The notes below the pieces were generated by a model. The model made no database searches. It was not told the origin of the DNA and saw nothing but the letters and a program-made list of their open reading frames with translations. From positions 1 to 32,243 of the forward strand of contig JWZX01001282.1 in assembly GCA_001275005.1 (NCBI GenBank): DNA of 32,243 nucleotides, read 5' to 3'. Both the position numbers and the translations under genes were made by a program. Numbering within the stretch: the first letter of the stretch is position 1; each line of letters begins with the position of its first letter. This stretch comes from Chrysochromulina tobinii. Its lineage: Eukaryota. This document shows positions 20,801 through 27,882 of the stretch, in pieces.

Positions 20801-23800
20801 AGCGCTCGTAGCAGCGGCGGTGGCGGCGGCGGTGGGGGCGGCATCGGCAGCGTCCGGGACGCCGGCGTCGGAGGTGCCAGCACGGCTGGTGAACTGCGGC
20901 CGAATGCAGATCCAAACGCGAGGAGCTCGTCGTCGTCGTCGTCGTCGCCGAGGGACAGTAGCGTGGCCCTTGCAGCAGCGGCCATGTACGCAGCGTTTGA
21001 AGCGGCCTGCGATGCAGCGGTGGCGGCCGCAGCAGCGGCGGCGGCGGCGGTGGCGGTGGCAGTGGTGGCGGCGGTGGCGGCGGCGGTGGCGGCGGTGGCG
21101 ACGGCGTGAGCGTCCGGTGCAACGCCCCCTGAGCTCTGAGGCGACCTAGGAGGCACGAGGGGGGGCGATAGGAGGCTGCTACTGGCCAGCGAGGTAGCGA
21201 GCACGCGAGGGCTGAGCGCATTTGCGCTGCCGCCACGATGCGCGGCATGGCCTCTTTGGGGCGACCCCTCGGGCGACGTGATCCCAGCGGGCGCGCCGTC
21301 AGTGTAGATCGCATGCTGCAGCTGACCCGACGCTGCAGCTGACCAGCCGCGCGGTGTTGCGGCTGGAGTGAGCAACCTCATAGCCTCGGGCTGCCGCAGG
21401 CGGTGCAGCAGCTGCAGTAGCTCCACGAACGGTGAACATGCGATCTCGCCGATCTCGTCCGCCTCGGCCACGAAGGCGAAGCTCGAGGCGCTCGCCGCGT
21501 CGAGGTGGGCAGGGCACTGCACGTGCCCGTCAGCGCGGATCCGTATGCGGTGATCCGTCTCGCAAGTACCGGTAGCGCCCGTCTCGGAGGCCAGCTGCAT
21601 CAGGCACGCCCGCAACGCCTCAGGCATCTGCGGCCACTCAGGTGGCTCAGCCGAGCTGATCGAGCTTAAGGGCGGCGGTGGTGGCCGGAAGAGCGCCGCC
21701 AGGAGTCCGGCCAGTCGGTGTGCCTCGACGTCAAGCAGCCCACCAGTGCTCGTGGAAGCCACGTTAGCACGCCGGGGACCCGCCATGGCTAGGTTGTTGA
21801 GCGGCCCGCCAGCGCCCCAGAGCTCGCGGAGGATGGCTTCGAGCCCTTCCGGAGGGAATGGGGTGCCTGGAGGGAATGGGGTGCCTGCTCCGTCGCGTCC
21901 TCGACTGCCACTAGCATGCTGGCCAGCGCCAGGCGCGGGATTGTCAGAGGTGATGGGATCAGCTGAGGCGAGGGCGGAGCTGCCATGAAGGCCTCCTTGC
22001 CGCCCGCCGAGGGCGCCGCCCTGGCCGTTGGCATTGCGATTGCCACCCGCACCATGGCCGCCGGCGTTGAAGGAGTTTGACGGATGCTGGCGCGAGTGCT
22101 GTGGCACGGGCGGCTGCAGTGCGCTGCATGCCTTGAGCATGGATTGGAACGAGGAAAGAAGCTGGGCGCGCTCGAGTAACTGCGTGTGGTACTCAGGCAG
22201 CGCCCAACACGCATTGGTCACGCTGAGCACCGCGCCGCCGCAGCTGCCGCGCCCTCCAGCCCTACGTAGCGTCTCAGCCGTCGTGGCGGCGCTGCCGTCG
22301 AGCCGTCGGCCATCGACGGCTGCAAAGAGCGGCCCGCGCACCACCTTGATGGCCGAATCCATTCCGATGGTGATCCCGAGCGACCGGATGCGCTCGGTCT
22401 CGGACAGCAGCACGCCAGCCTCCCCGAGCATCGCCAGCACTGGTTCGTACGGCGCACCCTGTGCATCGAAGCTCGCAGCACGCACGAAGAAGAGCGGAGC
22501 CAACGCAGCGGCGGAGGCGGCAGTGGTGGCGGTGGCGGTGGAAGCGACGGCAGCAGCAGTGGCGGGTGCGATGGCGGCGTGTGATTGGCACTGATGCAGT
22601 AAGGTCAGCTCGAGTCGGGCGCAGTGCCGGAAGAGCTGCTCGAGCAGATGGATCATCACCCAATCGAGCATCAGACCTCCGTTGCACTCAATCACGAGGC
22701 TGATGTACTCTGGAGGAAGCACACCATCGCCTTCCACGCCATCGCAGAGCAGCTGCCCCTCGATGCGGCCCTGCCAGAAGACGATCCCATCGGCCATCGC
22801 GCGGTGGACATCGATCCACACAAACGTGTCATAGGGACGAAAGGGGAGCTGCTTGCTGCCGCGGTCGACGTTCCTCTCTGCAGACATCGCCGCAGCTGCC
22901 TCAGCCGCATCGCTCTCACGTGAAGGCAGTAGCAGCCCGTTTTCCTCGTCGTTATAAACGGACGCCTCGGCGGCAGCAAGGTTGCTGCTGCTGCTCAAGC
23001 TGCTGCTGTTGAAGCTGCTGCTGAAGCTGCTGCTGAAGCTGCTAGCCGCTCTGCCGCTGCCTCGGCCCGCATGCGGGCCGCGTTCCTCCTCGCCCAGCAT
23101 GCAAGTGCTCACCACGGCGCCCGATCCCTTCCCCACAGGTCGCCACCTGCCCGCATGCGTGCCGCGTTCGAGTCCTCCGCTGGCGCGGGCAGCTGCTTCG
23201 GCCGCACGCTCGAGCGGCGTGCGCACGAGGGGCGTCCGATGACGCAGCATGCGTGTGAGCCCGCCACGAAGGATCCTCGGCAGCTGCTCACCATACCATC
23301 CATGCACGGCACGCTCTGGAGCGCGCGCAGCAGACAGAGGGCTCGGCGCCCTCACGCTTCCTCGGCTGCCGATCCCGATCGTCGGGAGCGTGCGAGGCTC
23401 GCTAGCCGCCGGCGGCCAGCCAAAGGCAGCCGCCACCTCATTGGAGGTCCTAATAGGCATCAAGAGCTTAGCATCTCGGCGGCCAAGGCCATCAAAGGGC
23501 CGATAATACTGGCTCGCCACGATCGAGGGCGCTGCGAGCGCCTCACCGACGCTGCATTGGAATTGCAGATCGGGACGCAGTAGCGCTCCGCTGCCGCCGC
23601 CTGACAAATCGGCCGCTGCAGGCCCGGCGGCCATCGACGCGGCCGCCAGCACTCCACCGGCCGCCGCTGCGGCTTCCGACGAACCGCTGTGGGACCACGC
23701 TACCGGCGGAGCGAGGGATGACCTTCCCATGACAAGTCCATGTTCGTACGTGGCGAGCACGTCGCGCAGCATCGCCTCGGTGTACACGGGCGCGTCTGAT

Positions 23801-24600
23801 GCGCAGGGCGGCGCGCGCACTTGCTCGGAGGGGCCAACGACGAGCTCGTGCAGCGCCGCGCTGTTGAGCTGTATCAAAAGTTGTTCGAAGCTCACCCAAC
23901 CATCACTTATGTCGAGCGTGGCCCAGGCGGCACTGGGCACGATCGACGCGGGCGGTGGCGCTCGCGGCGCGCGGTGGCGCATGAGCTCGTCCAGCAGCAT
24001 CGCGCAGCGCACGTGCGGGTCGACAGCCGCGGCTGCCGAGGGCTGCGGCTCCGCACCGCCGTCACGCTTGGCTCCGGTGCTGCGTCGACGAACTCCGCTC
24101 GGCTTGCCGACAGCGCTGTTGCTGCCCTGCTTCTTTGGCGATGTGCGCGCCGGGTGCGCGGATGCGCGGAAGCTTGCTCGTGGCGAGTCGCTCGTGGCAG
24201 CTCGCGCGCGGAAGCTCGCTCGTGGCGAGTCGCTCGTGTCCCACGCGCTCAGGCCTACACGCGCACCTGTAGCGGAAGCGTGGTTGCTGACGCTGAGGAC
24301 AATGCTCGTTTGGGAACGGGCGAGCCCGGGCTTGGCGAGGCTGCTACTGCTGCTGCTGCGACCACTCGGAGGCGGCCACGCCGGGCTGCTGTGCCGACCC
24401 GTGCCGTGCTGCCGCTTTGAGGCCTTGGCAGCGGGGGTCGTTGCACCGGCCTCTGGCTGGGTGGCGGCAAGTGGCTCTGCAGTGGCTTTCGGGCCCACAT
24501 GCACGTCGAGCGTTGGGATAACAATGATGATGTCGTTGGTCATTTCGGGAGGGGGCAGTGGTGCCGTCCAGCGTGGTAGCACGGCCGGGTGCTGCCACAT
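14884..24600 (-). CDS. Giant NLR-like protein: Tpt1/KptA-like domain, kinase-like domain, coiled coil, NACHT NTPase, RNI-like LRRs
   Basis: Single 3238-aa ORF. Walker A LLTAGPYEGKT (~17239-17270), Walker B LLLIDGLDE (~16988-17015), VVTSRP, HLSFQEYY (~15742-15765), LRRs LxxLxLxxN (~14900-15590). N-terminal domains are described under findings. Confidence 0.9.
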   Translation of the reverse strand: MWQHPAVLPRWTAPLPPPEMTNDIIIVIPTLDVHVGPKATAEPLAATQPEAGATTPAAKASKRQHGTGRHSSPAWPPPSGRSSSSSSLAKPGLARSQTSIVLSVSNHASATGARVGLSAWDTSDSPRASFRARAATSDSPRASFRASAHPARTSPKKQGSNSAVGKPSGVRRRSTGAKRDGGAEPQPSAAAAVDPHVRCAMLLDELMRHRAPRAPPPASIVPSAAWATLDISDGWVSFEQLLIQLNSAALHELVVGPSEQVRAPPCASDAPVYTEAMLRDVLATYEHGLVMGRSSLAPPVAWSHSGSSEAAAAAGGVLAAASMAAGPAAADLSGGGSGALLRPDLQFQCSVGEALAAPSIVASQYYRPFDGLGRRDAKLLMPIRTSNEVAAAFGWPPAASEPRTLPTIGIGSRGSVRAPSPLSAARAPERAVHGWYGEQLPRILRGGLTRMLRHRTPLVRTPLERAAEAAARASGGLERGTHAGRWRPVGKGSGAVVSTCMLGEEERGPHAGRGSGRAASSFSSSFSSSFNSSSLSSSSNLAAAEASVYNDEENGLLLPSRESDAAEAAAAMSAERNVDRGSKQLPFRPYDTFVWIDVHRAMADGIVFWQGRIEGQLLCDGVEGDGVLPPEYISLVIECNGGLMLDWVMIHLLEQLFRHCARLELTLLHQCQSHAAIAPATAAAVASTATATTAASAAALAPLFFVRAASFDAQGAPYEPVLAMLGEAGVLLSETERIRSLGITIGMDSAIKVVRGPLFAAVDGRRLDGSAATTAETLRRAGGRGSCGGAVLSVTNACWALPEYHTQLLERAQLLSSFQSMLKACSALQPPVPQHSRQHPSNSFNAGGHGAGGNRNANGQGGALGGRQGGLHGSSALASADPITSDNPAPGAGQHASGSRGRDGAGTPFPPGTPFPPEGLEAILRELWGAGGPLNNLAMAGPRRANVASTSTGGLLDVEAHRLAGLLAALFRPPPPPLSSISSAEPPEWPQMPEALRACLMQLASETGATGTCETDHRIRIRADGHVQCPAHLDAASASSFAFVAEADEIGEIACSPFVELLQLLHRLRQPEAMRLLTPAATPRGWSAAASGQLQHAIYTDGAPAGITSPEGSPQRGHAAHRGGSANALSPRVLATSLASSSLLSPPLVPPRSPQSSGGVAPDAHAVATAATAAATAATTATATAAAAAAAAATAASQAASNAAYMAAAARATLLSLGDDDDDDELLAFGSAFGRSSPAVLAPPTPASRTLPMPPPPPPPPPLLRALTLPVPPPISSEAVVRGSFESSPRPSLFGRSSPSLPRRSPRSRSSPSPSPRSSSLRQLLSPRNLRAANATPRQRPCTIGVGVGSGDSGISTQARGEKLSPRTDSNRSAHDTTGSRLPPSSSWLHGWRPLEVLQHGSLCSSAILADVRGMVWLLDFSAADLPATSPLLDAASLVCEMLLEWQPVPLELSELRGASAHELCEQFQLSEAAAVRLRVHLRECESIGALHAGCANDDELWGILPRIADEKGSLRRLQEATAVVDALLADSPATAEESKQPSTEDKSAHVRAEHGGMQVDASPAAARRRMANACGSNGPVNTTGGTSSTTPQLWKLGHRSPPAEWTAHAQHCFKLCITVLSLATELTAKSSQAEALAAELARGSSLPEPPPGTHCESSATCNPSDLHIANLLFPMLGGALRRLLLPTLGKWQKRLAWHMARSIAQMLHTALPTPPTIPPELGTVRRQEVRLAAGQRVAMLDDPESRLAGSEGSTKLCSVVAHVGEQEEGGGSVSLDPQLIRGGGIRASDPSAQPSMALPEAHPALTKPQTARPLFGDTSVEHRLTLDGLSHAVLPWHVPPADAIEAVLADMRISYGVLQELVSLVTMIPPADGAIADEAKGGGGMQRTPKRMIKGGNDESDDDDDERSDGRRGGKSGGKSGGESGGWTGPGTHAKIRETSDAICRELTRLQNASEPLRLPIVSLIERIRKAKADAADALTQANLAEGMATAAKEEEVAAIERAEQRRASAKVAEKQAAADEEKAVAARNERDVAEAKALELTAAVTKAAEMGAKLGAGAPKRGGGFNMAAMKADEAAKAAQAAREKVSAAQMAVEQTVQMAHAICEVATSAEQAAAKATAAKERALAHAAAAHMAASIGVIHAALIVAVTVDRRELERVVEAWAWQRLRQTGAAGVRAYAAGQRLMVRIDGRAGGVSTLKASEAGADVKATTAAAKKGERHVAAPPRTNAGCPDIVAGPGDTWVDATVMAAPEASRPMGEHVVRTADGHELSLVLNPWNHGPLDLPTIRFDHVRARHARTMRVQHATLVDGLSGRRLDVLEQCVPIEIVMEEAGTTLFRDRQRAAAATTASTTAPASSSSAAPEAGSWASAAQATAGASEQAGKRGLWGLLHAATASGVRGVPSDYSDEVESVVDVTSLAAWLQAAHATRCRAANSRRPACVLLTAGPYEGKTCLLSQLVTGMIRDEQCALVPILVRSHELEAKLSQPRSRTLFAHSWNWVDAFLQSEYGAGTDIYRFLRQAMLARRALLLIDGLDEGGTARAAIERHIVDVLAPQGHTMVVTSRPAGLRGDLFAEHFVRLRLAPLSDSQQLEVIQRRVGGKLAVGGVAGSGGVAGGAPSSAGAAAGSAVLERYLRDKVPVDLETGQRVSGNPWMLSVVLTIFQSRQPFSQAKRDGMAKRVGGGNVRADGGAEAAELIDAMPTTVALYDLATRSVLEREGLIVTRDCHVATMSGVSGVSARDLGVIDGSTTTAAAAASCAEQVDELQSSASETGNEAALAQLGALLQATFFEAHAMQRRIIDETVLDEAALGLVRPNVLHAIRADMAPFEGRAEQGHYVEVLAGPCVGKRGVVSARPFRVRFVDGTSSEELRESDFRSSGLDEQSGRAFEARQRQQRRSAVRAACEQLPPVTLEALRAMRVRVTQDRLPLLKLLQLEPLQMQSSHLSFQEYYTACAICLGRRLPASAAAPWRWDAWWRNTLLLGMEMGEAFGRGLLMAVGESAQLLDLNSKIAGDRPTSLLAISQLLLGCATVALAHNTLVPHEALPLAEGLRASTSLLKLNLASNHLCGVWFDNGRFEGEYSPMGIGALADALVANSSLTTLDLSQNCLGVSYINGVRAASIEGISLVAQAASASRSLRELNVSYNGIGPQGGKAIGDAFGGSATLTALDIGGNIIGLKGGKAVAEALRTNAAFVFVDVRFNSLDEATKALLVEVADERAAGSGIERKAAVKVLLD

Positions 24601-24778
24601 CTACGGCAAGTACTGTCTTTTCGGGAGTTCTCGATCCAATCTCTGGTCTTCATGAAATGATGCGTCGTGGTGCATGCAAGTACCGGTAAGTCAGTAGGGG
24701 TTGCCTCTGCTCTCAAAAACTCTCAACATGAACTATAATAAGTGTCAAAAGAAGAAAAACCATTCATCCGTATCACAA

Positions 24779-25864
24779 TCACTGCGGCGAGCTGCCTGCG
24801 CCGCCAAGCAGCGTGTTGGGCAGCGCGAGGCCTGCCGCCGCGATGCGACGCTCGGTCTCCTCCCACAGAGCCTTCCGCGCCTTCCCCGTCTCATCAGCGC
24901 ACGCGGCGTTTGGCATGGCGAGGGCGCAGTCCATCAAATAAGCGCCGGCCGGCAGAGCCTCGGCGGGCGCAAGGCAGGCATAGAGCTGCGTCGACGCGCC
25001 TTGCGCCTCGTCCTTGTCGCAGTATACCTTGCTGATCAGCCACGTCGCCAAAAAGTTGCCGTGGCGCCAGAGCGGCGTGGCGATCACGCCAGGATGCAAC
25101 GACACGCTCACGATCTCTGAGTTTGCCTTGAGCAGCTCGTCCGCGAGGCCCTTGGCGAAGAGGATGTTGGCGCCCTTGCTCTGCCCGTACGCCCCCCACT
25201 TGGTGTACTTGCGCCGCACAAAGTCGAGGTCGGACGCGTCGACTTCCCCCATGCCATGGGCAATCGACGCAACTGTCACGACGCGGCCGTCGGGCTCCAT
25301 GAAGGGCAGGAGCAGGCGGGTGAGGGCAAAGTGGCCGATGTGGTTGGTGCCGATCTGCAGCTCGAAGCCTTGCTTGGTCTGCTGCTGCGGACACGCCATG
25401 ACGCCAGCATTGTTCAGTAGCAACGAGATGGACCTCTCCGTCTCGGCAATTTCCTTGTGTGCCGCCGCGATCGAGTTCAGATCAGCGAGGTCGAGCTGCT
25501 GCACCCGAGCCCGTGAGGTATCGACACCCTCGAGTGATGCGAGTGCGGCCCGTCCCGCGTTCGCATCGCGAGAGCACAGCACGACACGGCACCCGGCCTT
25601 AAGCAAAACTGCGACGGACTGCAAGCCGAGTCCCGAATTCCCCCCCGTCACTACTGCGGTGCCTCCCCGTTCGACATATGATGGAAGGCCTTTGGCACGG
25701 TACTTGGCCAGGACGTCGCTGCCCGTTGACTTGGGTCCGAGGGCGAAACCGGTTTCACGGAACTTGGCTAACACATCGCTGCTCGTTGACTTGGGCCCGA
25801 GGACGACACCGCTTGCAGCAGAGAGACCCAGGATTGCGACAGATGCGTGCAGCCTCCGTAGCAT
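24779..25864 (-). CDS. Short-chain dehydrogenase/reductase, retinol dehydrogenase/WWOX-like, with N-terminal signal peptide
   Basis: TGGNSGLG, LDLADL, NNAGVM, GTNHIGHF, YGQSK and SLHPG motifs. Confidence 0.95.
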   Translation of the reverse strand: MLRRLHASVAILGLSAASGVVLGPKSTSSDVLAKFRETGFALGPKSTGSDVLAKYRAKGLPSYVERGGTAVVTGGNSGLGLQSVAVLLKAGCRVVLCSRDANAGRAALASLEGVDTSRARVQQLDLADLNSIAAAHKEIAETERSISLLLNNAGVMACPQQQTKQGFELQIGTNHIGHFALTRLLLPFMEPDGRVVTVASIAHGMGEVDASDLDFVRRKYTKWGAYGQSKGANILFAKGLADELLKANSEIVSVSLHPGVIATPLWRHGNFLATWLISKVYCDKDEAQGASTQLYACLAPAEALPAGAYLMDCALAMPNAACADETGKARKALWEETERRIAAAGLALPNTLLGGAGSSPQ

Positions 25865-26390
25865 GTTTTTCGAAGAGGCGTGTGAACGAAGCCCTTCACG
25901 TTCACGTTAAATTGCCATCTGCAACGAAGCCCTTGATGTGAATTGCGGTGTGCATGTTGTTGTTGAGGGGCTCATGAGTGCGTCAAGGTGGTCCTGTCCC
26001 GGGACGCGGGAGCTCGGTGTCATCCCGTAGGAATCCTAGGTGTAGGCTAGAGAACACCATGATGGTGCCGAGGACCGTCACAGCCAAATATCTTTAGTAA
26101 AATATTTAAAACCGACTCGGACACTGTGCCCAGCGCTCGGAGACAGAGCTCAACAAAAAAGACCACCCTGCAGTCCGCCCCGGAACGATGCAAAACGAGA
26201 GCCACAGGCCACAACGACACGCACAGACCCACAGAGTCGCTGCTCGCACACGGCCACGCACAGACGCACACGACGACGTCGTAAAACCAGCGAGTCATCC
26301 AGCACGACACACACATGGTCACATGCTGAGGTTGGCGCATCATGACTCAGTGCAGAGCTCCTCGTCACGCCACGGACAGAAGGGCGCTGT

Positions 26391-27626
26391 TTAGCACCTC
26401 TCTGCAGCCCTGCACGATTGGCCAAGCTCCTGGATGTCCTCGTACAGCTGATCCCCAAACTGGGCCAAGGAGCCTTCAGCGAAGCGCGAGAGCACCGAGC
26501 CAGCGCTGAGCATCGGCGTGCCCATTCTGTCCGTGCCGAGCCACGCCACGTAGACGTGGGGCGCGCACACTTCGCTCTCGCTCGTGCAGCCGTTTTGCGG
26601 GATGCGCGCGTAACAGTCCTTGCATTGTTCGCCACCTGGGCACACAATGTCGGTGCGGTCGTGTAGGCACGTCACAACAGTGGATCTGGCTTTGCACAGG
26701 TTGCAGCTGCTATCCCACACGATCCGGTTGACAACGCCCTTCTCGAGGTGCACGATGGCCGTGAGCCCATTCGAGAGGTCGAAATCCTCCGTGATGACCG
26801 GCTTGTTGTGGGTGATCCATCCATAGCAACGCTTCCCGGGGTCGCCTTGAAGAGCCGCGGTGGCATTACATGTACCCGGGCCCGTCACCACGCCGGCATG
26901 CTGGCCGATGGTGCGCCGCCCGTTGAGGCCCACCCACATCGAGCTGTACTTGTGCTTGAGCGGGCTCCACACTTCACCCATGAGCGATCGCACTGCGGGG
27001 TGACGCGAGAGCAGCCGGGGGACACATGCGCTTATACGCGTGAGGTCGAGCGCGAAAGCGAGGCCGGGACGCACGTGCGCAACACGGGCGCTTGCAGAGC
27101 GGTGGCGTGTGCGGGGGAGGGGCGGCGCGCGCGCACGTGTGTCGACGCGCAGCTTCGAGAAGGAGTCCACCTTGACGCGGAAGAGCACCTTGCCGCCGTT
27201 GGCGGCACTGCCGTTGGATGGCTGGAAGCCCATGCAGAGAGTCACTTCGTCGCCGACCCGCACCTGGCCGCCGATACTGCCGCAGTTGGCGGGTTCCTGA
27301 ATGATGCCGCACTCCTGAGGAGTGCGGCAGAGGATGATGTCCGTGGTGGGTGCTGGGGGTGCGCTCGGCGGCGATGGTGGGTCGCTCGGCGGCGACGGAG
27401 GGAGGGGGGGCGTCGGAGGGGAGGAGGGAGGAGGGGCGGAAGTGGCGCTTGTCGATTGGTTCGTTTGCGACGAGCTTGTCGATTGGTTCGTTTGCGACGC
27501 GCTTGTCGATTGGTTCGTTTGCGATGCGCTTGTCGATTGGTTCGTTTGCGACGCGGATTGGTTCGTTTGCGACGCGGCGAGGGCGCATGTCGCCGCAAGC
27601 ACGACGGTCAGAAGACGCGGCGCCAT
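26391..27626 (-). CDS. Secreted Cys-rich glycoprotein of unknown function; probable intron at 26993-27136
   Basis: Signal peptide MAPRLLTVVLAATCALA, five TNQS sequon repeats, Pro-rich linker, Cys-rich domain ending VYVAWLGTD..G..MLSAG..LSRF. Confidence 0.8.
   Translation of the reverse strand: MAPRLLTVVLAATCALAASQTNQSASQTNQSTSASQTNQSTSASQTNQSTSSSQTNQSTSATSAPPPSSPPTPPLPPSPPSDPPSPPSAPPAPTTDIILCRTPQECGIIQEPANCGSIGGQVRVGDEVTLCMGFQPSNGSAANGGKVLFRVKVDSFSKLRVDTRARAPPLPRTRHRSASARVAHVRPGLAFALDLTRISACVPRLLSRHPAVRSLMGEVWSPLKHKYSSMWVGLNGRRTIGQHAGVVTGPGTCNATAALQGDPGKRCYGWITHNKPVITEDFDLSNGLTAIVHLEKGVVNRIVWDSSCNLCKARSTVVTCLHDRTDIVCPGGEQCKDCYARIPQNGCTSESEVCAPHVYVAWLGTDRMGTPMLSAGSVLSRFAEGSLAQFGDQLYEDIQELGQSCRAAERC
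26993..27136 (-). other. Predicted 144-nt GT-AG intron (3n, stop-free)
   Basis: Minus strand CAC|GTGCGC...CCCCGCAG|TG. Splicing gives ..VDTLRSLM.. and removes an Arg/Pro/Ala-rich stretch that does not look like the flanking protein. Confidence 0.7.
27446..27574 (-). repeat. Four 27-bp tandem units plus one 21-bp unit encoding (A/S)SQTNQSTS
   Basis: CGCTTGTCGATTGGTTCGTTTGCGACG repeated head to tail with no spacers. Confidence 0.95.
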
Positions 27627-27724
27627 TTTCCTTCACGCGACGCGCTGTGAAATGGAACCGGCGAACTCGTGATTTTAAAAGCATTTTTCAAAAGAAGGAA
27701 GAGAAAGGAATGGAAAGTGCAGGG

Positions 27725-27736
27725 AAAAACTTAAAA
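27725..27736 (-). terminator. Pol III T-run terminator of the 5S gene
   Basis: TTTTAAGTTTTT on the minus strand directly at the 5S 3' end. Confidence 0.7.
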
Positions 27737-27852
27737 CGTGCAGCATATCGCCTTCCCGCGTGGTCCCCCACCGCAGTACTACCGATACTCGAGGCAGCTT
27801 AACTTCGCTGTTCGGATGGGAAGCGGTGACCCTGCCTGATGTGGCCGCACGT
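27735..27852 (-). rRNA. 5S rRNA: 5S ribosomal RNA (cytosolic, eukaryotic type)
   Basis: Minus strand ACGTGCGGCCACATCAGGCAG...CCCATCCGAACAGCGAAGTTAAGCTGCCT...TAGTACTGCGGTGGGGGACCACGCGGGAA...GCTGCACGT. Helices pair (ACGUGCGGC/GCUGCACGU, AGGCAG/CUGCCU, GUAUCG/CGAUAU). About 118 nt. Confidence 0.95.
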
Positions 27853-27874
27853 ACAGTTACTTGATCCAAGTGTG

Positions 27875-27882
27875 TTTATAAA
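27875..27882. promoter_or_regulatory. Palindromic TATA-like box upstream of 5S
   Basis: TTTATAAA at -23 to -30 from the 5S start, in otherwise GC-rich DNA. Confidence 0.55.

Noticed and set aside
15296..24655. Numerous long + strand ORFs opposite the NLR gene, and similar shadow ORFs elsewhere
   Set aside because: Antisense or alternate-frame shadows caused by high GC; no domain motifs.
26090..26102. U5 snRNA loop-like TTTTACTAAAGAT on the minus strand
   Set aside because: It lacks the preceding GCC of the invariant loop and the stem partner; probably AT-rich intergenic coincidence.
27446..27574. CRISPR-like regular repeats
   Set aside because: Units are head to tail with no unique spacers and encode in-frame TNQS sequons; eukaryotic context with no cas genes.
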